From: an uncultured Alphaproteobacteria bacterium
Lineage (GTDB): Bacteria > Pseudomonadota > Alphaproteobacteria > HIMB59 > GCA-002718135
Assembly (NCBI GenBank): GCA_902591485.1
Contig: CACJAV010000004.1
Location: 28,502-92,501 of the forward strand
Reading direction: 5' to 3'
DNA: 64,000 bases
Of this stretch, positions 1 to 8,637 are shown piece by piece. Under the pieces are notes generated by a model. That model did not search any database. It saw nothing but the letters and a program-made list of their open reading frames with translations, and was not told the origin of the DNA. How positions within the stretch are numbered: position 1 is the first letter of the stretch; each line of letters starts with the position of its first letter. Both the position numbers and the translations under genes were made by a program.

Positions 1-669
1 AAAAACCTGTTTTTTTGCAGAGGCAACATAGGCATTTCCTGGCCCAAAAATTTTACTCACTGGCTTAATTGTTTGAGTACCATATGTTAAAGCCGCAATT
101 GCTTGCGCGCCACCAATTTGATAAACTTCTGAGATATTTAATTCATCTAATAGAAAAGCAATATAAGGGTTTAAATTATTAGACGGAGGCGTTACACAAA
201 CTATTCTTTCTACTCCTGCAATTTGAGCTGGCACTACACTCATAATTAATGATGATGGATAAATAGCATTACCCCCCGGCACATAAAGACCAACAGAGTC
301 CATTGGTTTCCAAACTGACCTTAGTTTAGCATCCATATTTAAAATTTCATAATCATTTGGATATTGTTTTTCATGAAATTTTCTTACATTTTGTATAGCT
401 AATCGAAAACTCTCAATAGTTTCTTTATTTAATTTTTCTAAAGAATAAAATTGATTTAAATTTGTTAATTTTATTTCATTTTTTTTTAATATAATTTTAT
501 CAAAATCTTTTGCAAATTGTATAACTTTATCATCACCATGTTGTTTTATGTCTTTAATAATTGATTTTACATCATCATCAATTTTAGAGCTTGTTTCTTC
601 TTCTCTTAAAGAAAGATGTGCTTCTAATTGTCTCCAAAAATTATCTGCAGTATATGCGAGTATTTTCAT
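1..669 (-). CDS. hisD: Histidinol dehydrogenase, N-terminal 223 codons (3' end lies beyond the window start)
   Basis: Hand translation of the minus strand from ATG at 669 gives MKILAYTADNFW...VGLYVPGGNAIYPSSLIMSVVPAQIAG...IGGAQAIAALTYGTQTIKPVSKIFGPGNAYVASAKK, which is HisD-like. The ATG overlaps the hisG stop (ATGA, 666-669). It is absent from the ORF track because it is open at the window edge. Confidence 0.85.
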   Translation of the reverse strand, partial: MKILAYTADNFWRQLEAHLSLREEETSSKIDDDVKSIIKDIKQHGDDKVIQFAKDFDKIILKKNEIKLTNLNQFYSLEKLNKETIESFRLAIQNVRKFHEKQYPNDYEILNMDAKLRSVWKPMDSVGLYVPGGNAIYPSSLIMSVVPAQIAGVERIVCVTPPSNNLNPYIAFLLDELNISEVYQIGGAQAIAALTYGTQTIKPVSKIFGPGNAYVASAKKQVF

Positions 670-1313
670 TCTACTAAATCTTTAAACTCTTCAATAATGG
701 ATTGTATTTTTTTGTTATCTGTTTTAAAATAAGATCTATTTATAATTAATTTTGATTGAACTTTCATAATTTCTTCAATTTCCTTGAGACCATTTGCTTT
801 CAACGTAGCCCCAGTGGAGACCAAGTCAACTATTCTTCTGCACATATTTAAAGAAGGCGCCAGCTCCATTGAGCCATTTAATTTTATAGCATCAACCTGA
901 ACACCTTTATTGGCAAAATGTTCTTTGCTGATATTTGGGTATTTTGTAGCAACCCTAATATTACTCCAAGTCTCTGGATCTTCCTTTTTTAATAATGTTT
1001 TCAGTGCAGCCACAGATAAACGGCAATGACCAATATTTAACTCTAGAGGTGCATATACTTCTGAATAATTAAATTCTTTAATTACATCTTCTCCAGCTAT
1101 ACCAATTTGCGCGGCACCAAAAGCCACAAATGTGCATGCATCAAAAGCTCTAACTTTAATAAAATCAACATCTTTTCTTTTTGATGAAAATGTAAGTTTT
1201 CTTGAATTATCATTAAACATTTCTTTTTCAGGAGCAAAACTTGTTTTTGCTAAAATTTTTTTTATCTCGTTAATTATCCTTCCTCTTGGAAGAGCTATAA
1301 TAATTTTAGACAT
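666..1313 (-). CDS. hisG: ATP phosphoribosyltransferase, short form
   Basis: 215 aa. The N-terminus IIALPRGRI and overall length fit short HisG. It is translationally coupled to hisD. Confidence 0.9.
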   Translation of the reverse strand: MSKIIIALPRGRIINEIKKILAKTSFAPEKEMFNDNSRKLTFSSKRKDVDFIKVRAFDACTFVAFGAAQIGIAGEDVIKEFNYSEVYAPLELNIGHCRLSVAALKTLLKKEDPETWSNIRVATKYPNISKEHFANKGVQVDAIKLNGSMELAPSLNMCRRIVDLVSTGATLKANGLKEIEEIMKVQSKLIINRSYFKTDNKKIQSIIEEFKDLVE

Positions 1314-1357
1314 AATTTTGGGCTTTTATATCTAAAATTTAAAAAAACTATAAAAAC

Positions 1358-2614
1358 TTAATATTTTTCTCTTTTTATTGACGGACCTAAACTTCCAAGG
1401 GTATGTTCAATTTTTTCATATCCTCTATCAAGATGATAAACTCTATTAATTACACTTTCTCCCTCCGCACATAAGGCAGCTAATACCAGACTCACGCTAG
1501 CTCTTAAATCACTAGCCATGACTTGTGCACCTTTTAAGTGTCTATTACCTGAGATAAAAGCTATATCTTTTTTTACTTTTATATTCGCTCCTAATCTATT
1601 CAGTTCAGGAACATGCATAAATCTATTTTCAAATATATTTTCTTTTATTTGTGAATTTCCATTCGCTAAACTCATTAAAGCCATAATTTGCGCCTGTAAA
1701 TCTGTTGGAAAGCCCGGATAAGGGGCTGTTTGAATTTTAATTCCATTTAATTTTTTACTAGGCATAATTTGAATAGAAGTTTTTTTAACTTTTAATTTTG
1801 CTCCCATCTTAATCAATAATGATGTTAAAGCTTCTAAATTACTGCTAATAATCTCTTTTACTTCAAATTTTTTATTTAACATGACAGCTGCAATCACAAA
1901 TGTACCAGCAACTATTCTGTCACTCATAATCTTGTGTGTAGCTTGAGTTAGTGAATTAACTCCATCAATTTTTATAATTCCATTATTTTTTACATTAATT
2001 TTTGCGCCCATCTTGTTCAAGGCAAAAGCTAGATCATTAATTTCAGGCTCTCTTGCTGCATTTTCAATTATTGTTTTTCCTTTTGCAATTGAAGCAGCCA
2101 TTAAAATATTTTCAGTTGCTCCAACACTTGGGAACGGAAGCGTGATATGCTTACCTATTAATTCATCTTCAACAGCACCTACAACATAACCATTTTCAAA
2201 ACTAAAATTAGCACCTAATTTTTTAAGTCCCTCTAAATGAATATCAATTGGCCTCGTACCAATTGCACATCCTCCTGGGAGGGATATTCTTGCTTTTCCA
2301 AATCTAGCGAGTAACGGACCTAAAATCAAAATTGAGGCCCTCATTTTTCTTACAATATCATAATCAGCATCTCTGTTAGTAATATTATTGCATTTTATTT
2401 CTAAATTATCTTGTTTGGATTTAATGTTTGCTCCATAACTTCTAAGGAGCTTTGACATATTATCAATATCATCAAGTTTAGGTAAATTTTTTAACTTTAA
2501 AGGACTTCTAGTAAGAAGAGCACTAACCATAATTGGCAACGCAGAGTTTTTTGACCCTTTAATTTTAATAGATCCCTTTAAATCAGCTTTCCCTTTGATT
2601 ATTAGTCTATCCAT
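1358..2614 (-). CDS. murA: UDP-N-acetylglucosamine 1-carboxyvinyltransferase
   Basis: 418 aa. KGSKNSALPIM, LPGGCAIGTRPID and YHLDRGYE motifs are typical of MurA. Confidence 0.95.
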   Translation of the reverse strand: MDRLIIKGKADLKGSIKIKGSKNSALPIMVSALLTRSPLKLKNLPKLDDIDNMSKLLRSYGANIKSKQDNLEIKCNNITNRDADYDIVRKMRASILILGPLLARFGKARISLPGGCAIGTRPIDIHLEGLKKLGANFSFENGYVVGAVEDELIGKHITLPFPSVGATENILMAASIAKGKTIIENAAREPEINDLAFALNKMGAKINVKNNGIIKIDGVNSLTQATHKIMSDRIVAGTFVIAAVMLNKKFEVKEIISSNLEALTSLLIKMGAKLKVKKTSIQIMPSKKLNGIKIQTAPYPGFPTDLQAQIMALMSLANGNSQIKENIFENRFMHVPELNRLGANIKVKKDIAFISGNRHLKGAQVMASDLRASVSLVLAALCAEGESVINRVYHLDRGYEKIEHTLGSLGPSIKREKY

Positions 2615-2741
2615 TATTTTTTTTTGAAGCTTTTTTTCTTTTTAAAATATTAGCCTTAAGTTGTTTTTCTAATCTTGAAACTCTTACTTCTTTAAGTTTT
2701 TTTTTATGTTCAGATCTTTTTGTAATGATTTTATCTTGCAT
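2607..2741 (-). CDS. Candidate 44-aa lysine-rich small protein overlapping the murA start by 8 nt
   Basis: Hand translation gives MQDKIITKRSEHKKKLKEVRVSRLEKQLKANILKRKKASKKNNG*. The stop TAG lies inside ATGGATAG at the murA start, the same 8-nt coupling seen at several other junctions here. It is below the ORF-track length cutoff. Confidence 0.3.
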   Translation of the reverse strand: MQDKIITKRSEHKKKLKEVRVSRLEKQLKANILKRKKASKKNNG

Positions 2742-2748
2742 TAAAAAA

Positions 2749-4242
2749 TTATTTCGTTTTTTTAGCAATAAATTCATTTGCAATGTTTAGCAAATAATCT
2801 TTTCTATCCTTATTCAATTTTTTGTATGACATCATCACCATCCCCATTCTTGGGTTTTTTGAGAGCAATTCTTTATGATTATGAATAAAGTTCCAATATA
2901 AACCATCAACAATATCTGACCAATTCCCCTTTTTATAATTACTCATTTTAATTATGTAATTCGATCCACAAATATATGGCTTGGTTGAAAAAATTCCTCC
3001 ATCACTGAAAGTGCCCATTCCATAAACATTTGGTGACATCACCCAATCTGAGGAGTCCACAAACATTTCCATAAACCATTTATAAATCTCCTTAGGGTGC
3101 AATTGAGATAAATTCATGACATTGCTTAAATGCATAAGTCTTATTATATGATGAGTATAGCCATATTTTACTACATCCTTTATGGCATCATCAATTGGAT
3201 CTATTCCTGTTGTTCCATTATACCAGTCATCAGTGAGTTTTCTTTTATGTCTAAAATAATTTGTTTCCTCAAGTTTGTCAGAAAAGTTTTGATAAATCCC
3301 TCTCATAAACTCTCTCCAACCAATTACCTGTCTTATAAAACCTTCTAAACTATTAATTGGAATGCTTTTTTTCTTATTTGCACTTAAAACTTTAGTTACA
3401 ACTTCTTTGGGAGTTATTAAACCTAAATTTATGTAAGGACTTAAAATACTATGAAAAAGAAATGGCGATTTTTTTTTTACAGCATCTTCATAGTGTCCAA
3501 AATTTTCCATTTTTTCTTTTATAAAAAGATCTAGAGCTTTTAGCGCCTCTTCTCTAGAAGTTCCTAACCAAAAATTGGCTATATCTCCTGGATGATTAGT
3601 AAATAAGTCATTTACTAGTTTTTTAACATCCTTAATAACGGTATCTTCTTTAAATTTAGGCTCAGATGGAGTTATTAGACCTTCTGGTATTTTTTTTCTA
3701 TTTTCTTCATCAAAACTCCATTTTCCCCCAATAGGATTATCCTTATGCATGAGAATGTTTTTTTCAATTCTTTGTTGCTTATAGAATGTGGCCATAAAAG
3801 GTTTTTTAGAGTTAGCTAAGTAATTCTGAAAATCTTCCCTAGCATTATAAAACATTGGACTTTGAATAAATGTAATGTTTATTTTATTGAGGGTACAAAA
3901 ATTAATAATTCTTTTTTCAAAAAATTTATCTTCTATTTCAAACATTTTAATATCAGAGATTTTTTTACTTCTTATAAAATCTTTGATTTTGTCTTCATAA
4001 GAAAGATTTGTATTTTTGTTATTAAGAAAATGATATTTTAATGAAAATTTTTTATTTTTAAGAGCAACAGCATATTTTCTCATAGCAGTTAAAAACAAAA
4101 CTAATTTATGCTTATGATGCTTCTCATAAGTACATAGATTATAATCTTCTGCCATAAAGAATTGACAGTTCTTGAAATTGTTTAATTCACTTAATGGAAA
4201 TAATTGATTACCAAGAATGATAAATAACGTTTTAGTTGCCAC
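2749..4242 (-). CDS. Cryptochrome/photolyase-family protein of the COG3046 (PhrB/CryB, 'photolyase-related') type
   Basis: 497 aa. Motifs seen are LFIILGNQLF at the N-terminus, SPYINLGLITPKEV, GWREFMRG, HHIIRLMHLSN and KPYICGSNYIIKMSNY. Confidence 0.8.
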   Translation of the reverse strand: MATKTLFIILGNQLFPLSELNNFKNCQFFMAEDYNLCTYEKHHKHKLVLFLTAMRKYAVALKNKKFSLKYHFLNNKNTNLSYEDKIKDFIRSKKISDIKMFEIEDKFFEKRIINFCTLNKINITFIQSPMFYNAREDFQNYLANSKKPFMATFYKQQRIEKNILMHKDNPIGGKWSFDEENRKKIPEGLITPSEPKFKEDTVIKDVKKLVNDLFTNHPGDIANFWLGTSREEALKALDLFIKEKMENFGHYEDAVKKKSPFLFHSILSPYINLGLITPKEVVTKVLSANKKKSIPINSLEGFIRQVIGWREFMRGIYQNFSDKLEETNYFRHKRKLTDDWYNGTTGIDPIDDAIKDVVKYGYTHHIIRLMHLSNVMNLSQLHPKEIYKWFMEMFVDSSDWVMSPNVYGMGTFSDGGIFSTKPYICGSNYIIKMSNYKKGNWSDIVDGLYWNFIHNHKELLSKNPRMGMVMMSYKKLNKDRKDYLLNIANEFIAKKTK

Positions 4243-4273
4243 TTCTATTAACTATGACAAAAAAATAATAAGT

Positions 4274-4408
4274 CTATTTATTTTTTGAACATTTTTTTGA
4301 ACAATAGAGAACATTTTCCCAATCTTTTTGCCATTTTTTTCTCCAGTAAAATGGTTTGTTGCAAGTTTTGCAAATTTTAAAAGGTAGGTTTGATTTTTTT
4401 TTATTCAA
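4274..4408 (-). CDS. Small zinc-ribbon protein, DUF2256-like (44 aa)
   Basis: Hand translation gives (TTG)MNKKKSNLPFKICKTCNKPFYWRKKWQKDWENVLYCSKKCSKNK*. The CxxC...PFxWRKKW...YCSxxC pattern matches my recollection of DUF2256, a family often found next to photolyase genes. The TTG start overlaps the stop of the upstream transporter. There is no in-frame ATG before an upstream stop at 4430-4432. Confidence 0.6.
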   Translation of the reverse strand: MNKKKSNLPFKICKTCNKPFYWRKKWQKDWENVLYCSKKCSKNK

Positions 4409-5564
4409 AGAAAAACATATAGCTATAAGCTACAATAATAGCTGGAAAGGCACTATAAATTGTTGCCATTATTGCTGCTTTGGGTGCTAGAGCTATGGCT
4501 GGGAATAATGCATCTCCATCATTAGAAATTGCATTACCTAATTCTGCAGATAGTGGGATATATCCATTTAAATAAAATGTAGCGATGACAATTTGTGGCC
4601 CACACCCAGGCAAAAAACCAAATAAAATTGCTACAAGGGGGACAAAAGGTAACCATAAATCAAAAAACATTTTAAGATCTAAGTTGGTAAAATACATAAA
4701 TATCTCAAAAACTAAAAAACCACTTATGACCCACGTAGTAACAAAGTTCGTTGTATCTACGACTCTTGAGACAAACCCCCTACTTTTATCAGTAGAACAT
4801 TGAAAATCACTTAAAGGATTAAGTGACCACATGAATATTGATAAAATTGCACCCGCAGACCCTAGAATTAATACTATACTAATATGCTGTGGCAGTAAAA
4901 AAAGTTTATCGACATCAACTTGGAAAGCCAAAAGTAGACCTATAAAAAATCCTGGAACAAATAGTATCAACCAGAAGAGATTAAATTTAGAAACAAATGT
5001 TTTTTTTAATTTTTCAAATTCAATTTCAATTTTAGAACTTGTCATCATAAAATCAGCACCATGTATAAGGTCAACTAAGTAACCAGAGATTGTGCCAACA
5101 ACAGCACCTAAACAAAAAATTAGCAATCCAATAGATGGTTCCATAGCAAGAATTAGAAATGCCGCATCTCCCATAGTTGCAGTTAGAACTGCTACTAAAG
5201 ATCCAAAAGAAATTCTACCTTGAATATATTGAGTAACAACAATGATAGCACCTCCGCAACCTGGTATTGCACCAAGAAAAGATGCAATAGGTACATGCAA
5301 TTTTTTTGTTTTATCTAGAAAAGAACCAATATCAAAGTTCGTAAGAGAGTCTAAACCAATAAAAACAATAAGCGTAAATCCAACAAAAACCGAAACTGCA
5401 AGATATGCATCAACCATTGATTGACGAACCACATCTCCAAATTCACCTGTTTGAAATGCTAAAGCGAGTATAAGGAGACCAAAAAACGATTTTTTTAATA
5501 AACGTCCTTCATTTGCAAACATTATTTTTTGCTTATCTTTAAAGGCTGAAATCAGAGCATTCAT
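4401..5564 (-). CDS. Polytopic membrane protein, putative divalent-metal (Mn) transporter
   Basis: 387 aa with about 10 hydrophobic segments. An internal two-fold repeat carries PGCG motifs (LGAIPGCGGAIIV and FGFLPGCGPQIVI). It is divergently paired with a DtxR/MntR-type regulator. Confidence 0.6.
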   Translation of the reverse strand: MNALISAFKDKQKIMFANEGRLLKKSFFGLLILALAFQTGEFGDVVRQSMVDAYLAVSVFVGFTLIVFIGLDSLTNFDIGSFLDKTKKLHVPIASFLGAIPGCGGAIIVVTQYIQGRISFGSLVAVLTATMGDAAFLILAMEPSIGLLIFCLGAVVGTISGYLVDLIHGADFMMTSSKIEIEFEKLKKTFVSKFNLFWLILFVPGFFIGLLLAFQVDVDKLFLLPQHISIVLILGSAGAILSIFMWSLNPLSDFQCSTDKSRGFVSRVVDTTNFVTTWVISGFLVFEIFMYFTNLDLKMFFDLWLPFVPLVAILFGFLPGCGPQIVIATFYLNGYIPLSAELGNAISNDGDALFPAIALAPKAAIMATIYSAFPAIIVAYSYMFFFE

Positions 5565-5581
5565 GTTCTTTACATATATAT

Positions 5582-5627
5582 AAAAAGTATAGCTATGGCT
5601 ATACTATAATGCTATAGATATACTTTT
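5582..5627. promoter_or_regulatory. Nested palindromes in the divergent transporter/MntR intergenic region, candidate metalloregulator operator
   Basis: AGTATAGC-TATG-GCTATACT lies at 5586-5605. Outer arms AAAAGTATA (5582-5590) and TATACTTTT (5619-5627) flank it, with a third GCTATAGATATACT half-site copy. Confidence 0.4.
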
Positions 5628-5648
5628 AATAACTAAATATTTAATAAA

Positions 5649-6038
5649 ATGTCATTTAAAAAAGTTAGAGATGCTCATAAAACAGAAAACACTGAGGATT
5701 ATCTCGAAATTATTGCTGATTTACTTAATGCAAAAGGTGAAGCAAGAATAGTTGATATTGCAAATCAATTAGGTATCGCTCAAGCAACAGCCAACAAAAC
5801 TGTACAAAGACTTCAAAACCAAGGTTATTTAAAAAAAGAACCATACAGATCTATTTTTCTAACTTTAAAGGGTCAAGAACTTGCAAGCATCTCTAAAAAA
5901 AGACATATTGTAGTGCTGACTTTTTTAAAAAATCTTGGACTAGATAATAAAACAGCAGAGGCTGATGCGGAAGGCATAGAGCATCATGTTAGTCAAAAAA
6001 CCCTAAAAAAAATGGAACAATTTAACAAAAAAAATTAA
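5649..6038 (+). CDS. mntR: DtxR/MntR-family metal-dependent transcriptional regulator
   Basis: 129 aa. TEDYLEII..., a winged-HTH segment (IVDIANQLGIAQATANKTVQRL) and KRH...EHH metal-site residues are present. Confidence 0.8.
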   Translation: MSFKKVRDAHKTENTEDYLEIIADLLNAKGEARIVDIANQLGIAQATANKTVQRLQNQGYLKKEPYRSIFLTLKGQELASISKKRHIVVLTFLKNLGLDNKTAEADAEGIEHHVSQKTLKKMEQFNKKN

Positions 6039-6655
6039 ATTTTTTTTAAAACTATGATTCTTATTTTTACCTTATCAGAAAAGTCTCTATTTTTAGGTAA
6101 ATAATTTAAAGGCCTAGATCTGTATTCAATAGTAAAAAATTTATTAAATTCCTCAATCAATTTATCAAAATTTTGTTTTTGCCATAAATCAATTCTATGG
6201 GTAAAAATAAAAATACCCTTTTTTTTTAAATATTTATTAACTAATGAGAAAAGTACTTTTGGTTTCTTACAATAAGTCATAGATCCAATTAAGCTGACTA
6301 AATCATATTGATAAGAAAAATTTATTTTTTTTTCAAAACTGTTTTTAAATAACTTTCTATAAATTTTTTTTTGTTTTGCAAATTTAAGGCTATCAGCAGA
6401 AATATCACATCCATCAACAGTAATATTTTTGAATTGTTTTTTTATTTCTTCACCGAACATTCCTGTTCCACATGCTAAATCTAAACAGTAATCAAATTTT
6501 TTTCTTATATTAAGTAATACACTGACGGCTTTCAGAGGGGCCTTATATTTCCATTTTTTTAATGTAATGTCATAATTTGTAGCCCAATCATCATAATATT
6601 TTTCAGTAACATTTTGATTGCCAATGCCATCTAATAAAGATTTAGGCTTAGTCAT
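6035..6655 (-). CDS. Class I SAM-dependent methyltransferase
   Basis: 206 aa with the LDLACGTGMFGEE SAM-binding motif. Its stop overlaps the mntR stop (TTAA, 6035-6038). Confidence 0.8.
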   Translation of the reverse strand: MTKPKSLLDGIGNQNVTEKYYDDWATNYDITLKKWKYKAPLKAVSVLLNIRKKFDYCLDLACGTGMFGEEIKKQFKNITVDGCDISADSLKFAKQKKIYRKLFKNSFEKKINFSYQYDLVSLIGSMTYCKKPKVLFSLVNKYLKKKGIFIFTHRIDLWQKQNFDKLIEEFNKFFTIEYRSRPLNYLPKNRDFSDKVKIRIIVLKKI

Positions 6656-7454
6656 TTAAGATTGCTGGAATTTTCATACGTGCTTCCATAACTTCATTCA
6701 AATTAATTTCAGTATTTAAGATAGAAGGTTTTGATTTTGCTTTATTAATAATTTTGCCCCAAGGATTTACTAATAATGAATATCCATAAGTCTTTCTATT
6801 TGTATGATGAGTTCCACACATGTTGGTGGCAATAACAAAAAGACTATTTTCAATAGCTCTTGAGCGTACCATAACTTCCCAATGGGCTTTTCCTGATGGT
6901 ACTGTAAATGCAGCAGGCATTAAAATAATTTTTGATCCTTTTTTTGCAAGTTTTCTAAATAAGTTTGGAAATCTTAGATCATAGCAAATAGTGAAACCAA
7001 TTTTTATATTTTGTAAATTAACACTTACAATATTTTTACCAGCTTTAAACGTATGTGACTCCCTATGGGTTTCCTTTTTATTTATATTTACATCAAACAT
7101 ATGTATCTTATCATATCTTTTTAAAATTTTACCTTTTGAGTTAATAAAAAAAGAACGGTTAACTAATTTTTTTTTGTTTTTTTCCTTCAGAAGCAAAGAG
7201 CCAATATTAATACTTACACAATTTTCCATAGCATACAATTTTGCCATTTTGATTATTGGGCAGTCAGATTCATAAGTTGTTTTTTTTAATAAATAGCCTT
7301 TATCATTTGTTATTATATTTGAGCATTCGGGTGTACATATTAAGTCAGGTTTAAACCTTCTTGTTTTTAAAAAATATTTTTCTAATAATTTTGCATTTTG
7401 AGCAGGTGTAGATTTTGCCTCAAATTGAATTTGTGAAATTTTTAATTTTTTCAT
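6648..7454 (-). CDS. Carbon-nitrogen hydrolase (nitrilase superfamily, Nit/omega-amidase-like)
   Basis: 268 aa. CTPECSN, KIHMFD and ICYDLRFP (catalytic Cys) motifs are present. An 8-nt ATGACTAA overlap joins it to the downstream gene. Confidence 0.85.
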   Translation of the reverse strand: MKKLKISQIQFEAKSTPAQNAKLLEKYFLKTRRFKPDLICTPECSNIITNDKGYLLKKTTYESDCPIIKMAKLYAMENCVSINIGSLLLKEKNKKKLVNRSFFINSKGKILKRYDKIHMFDVNINKKETHRESHTFKAGKNIVSVNLQNIKIGFTICYDLRFPNLFRKLAKKGSKIILMPAAFTVPSGKAHWEVMVRSRAIENSLFVIATNMCGTHHTNRKTYGYSLLVNPWGKIINKAKSKPSILNTEINLNEVMEARMKIPAILND

Positions 7455-7512
7455 TACTAAACTACCAAATTTTTTTGTTTAATGAATATATATTATTTAA
7501 TATAACTAAATA

Positions 7513-8580
7513 ATGAAAATTGTTTATATATTTTTAATTTTGCTGATCTTGCCTACTCAAGTACTAGCACTCAAATTAACTAAACTTAATGTAGATTTAA
7601 ATTATCCTTGGGGTATGACTTGGGTTAGTTCAGATAAACTATTAATTACTGAAAAAAAATCTCATGAAATTATTCTAATAGATACTTCAAACAACACTTA
7701 TCAAAAGATAGATCATAATTTGCCTATCAAGGGAGATAGGCAGGGAGGCTTATTAGATATCATTAGTGAAGATAATAATATTTGGATTACAGGTTCTATA
7801 GAAAAAGAAAATGGTTACACTACTGCTGTGTTTAAATCAAAATTAGAAAATAATAAATTAGTTGATAGCCAATTAATTTTTGAAGCTTTGCCATATATTC
7901 CAAATCAAGTACATTTTGGTTCAAGGATGACAATAAAAGGTGAGCATTTATACGTAAGCATTGGTGAAAGAGGAAAAGGAATGATTGCTCAAGATCCCAC
8001 CAATGCAATTGGGAGTATCATAAGGATAAATAAAGATGGTAGCATTCCAGATGACAATCCATTTGTAAATAAACCTGATTGGCTACCTGCTATTTATCAA
8101 ATAGGGGTTAGAAACCCTCAAGGCATGGACCTAGATCCACTAACAAAAAAAGTTTTTATCTCAAATCATGGTCCTAAAGGAGGGGATTTTATCGGTGAGG
8201 TTAAAAAGGGAACTAATTATGGTTGGAAAAAAGTAGCATGGGGAGGAAAAAATTACTCTGGGACTAAGGTTGGTGAAGGCAATGCTTGGGAGCCTGGTCT
8301 TTTAAAGCCTGATCATATTTGGGTACCTTCTATAGGTGTTGGTGGAATAAAGTTTTACCATGGAGACCTTTTTCCTGAGTGGCAAAACTCTTTATTAATA
8401 GGTTCTCTTAAATTTCAGTATTTATCAATTCTAGAAAGAGATGGTCAAAACTTTAAAGAAGAAAAGATAATTTTTAAAAATAAAATTGGTAGAATAAGAG
8501 ATATAGAAATTAACGATCAGGGAGAGATATTTTTAATAGCAGATGAAGCAAATACGTTTCTATATAAACTAACTCCTTAA
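7513..8580 (+). CDS. Secreted PQQ-dependent sugar dehydrogenase (glucose/sorbosone dehydrogenase family)
   Basis: 355 aa with a signal peptide. GVRNPQGMDLDP and NYGWK beta-propeller motifs are present. Confidence 0.8.
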   Translation: MKIVYIFLILLILPTQVLALKLTKLNVDLNYPWGMTWVSSDKLLITEKKSHEIILIDTSNNTYQKIDHNLPIKGDRQGGLLDIISEDNNIWITGSIEKENGYTTAVFKSKLENNKLVDSQLIFEALPYIPNQVHFGSRMTIKGEHLYVSIGERGKGMIAQDPTNAIGSIIRINKDGSIPDDNPFVNKPDWLPAIYQIGVRNPQGMDLDPLTKKVFISNHGPKGGDFIGEVKKGTNYGWKKVAWGGKNYSGTKVGEGNAWEPGLLKPDHIWVPSIGVGGIKFYHGDLFPEWQNSLLIGSLKFQYLSILERDGQNFKEEKIIFKNKIGRIRDIEINDQGEIFLIADEANTFLYKLTP

Positions 8581-8637
8581 TTACTAAATTGATTTAGGTA
8601 TTTAATTTAATATCTATTTGCTATATTGGAAAAATAC

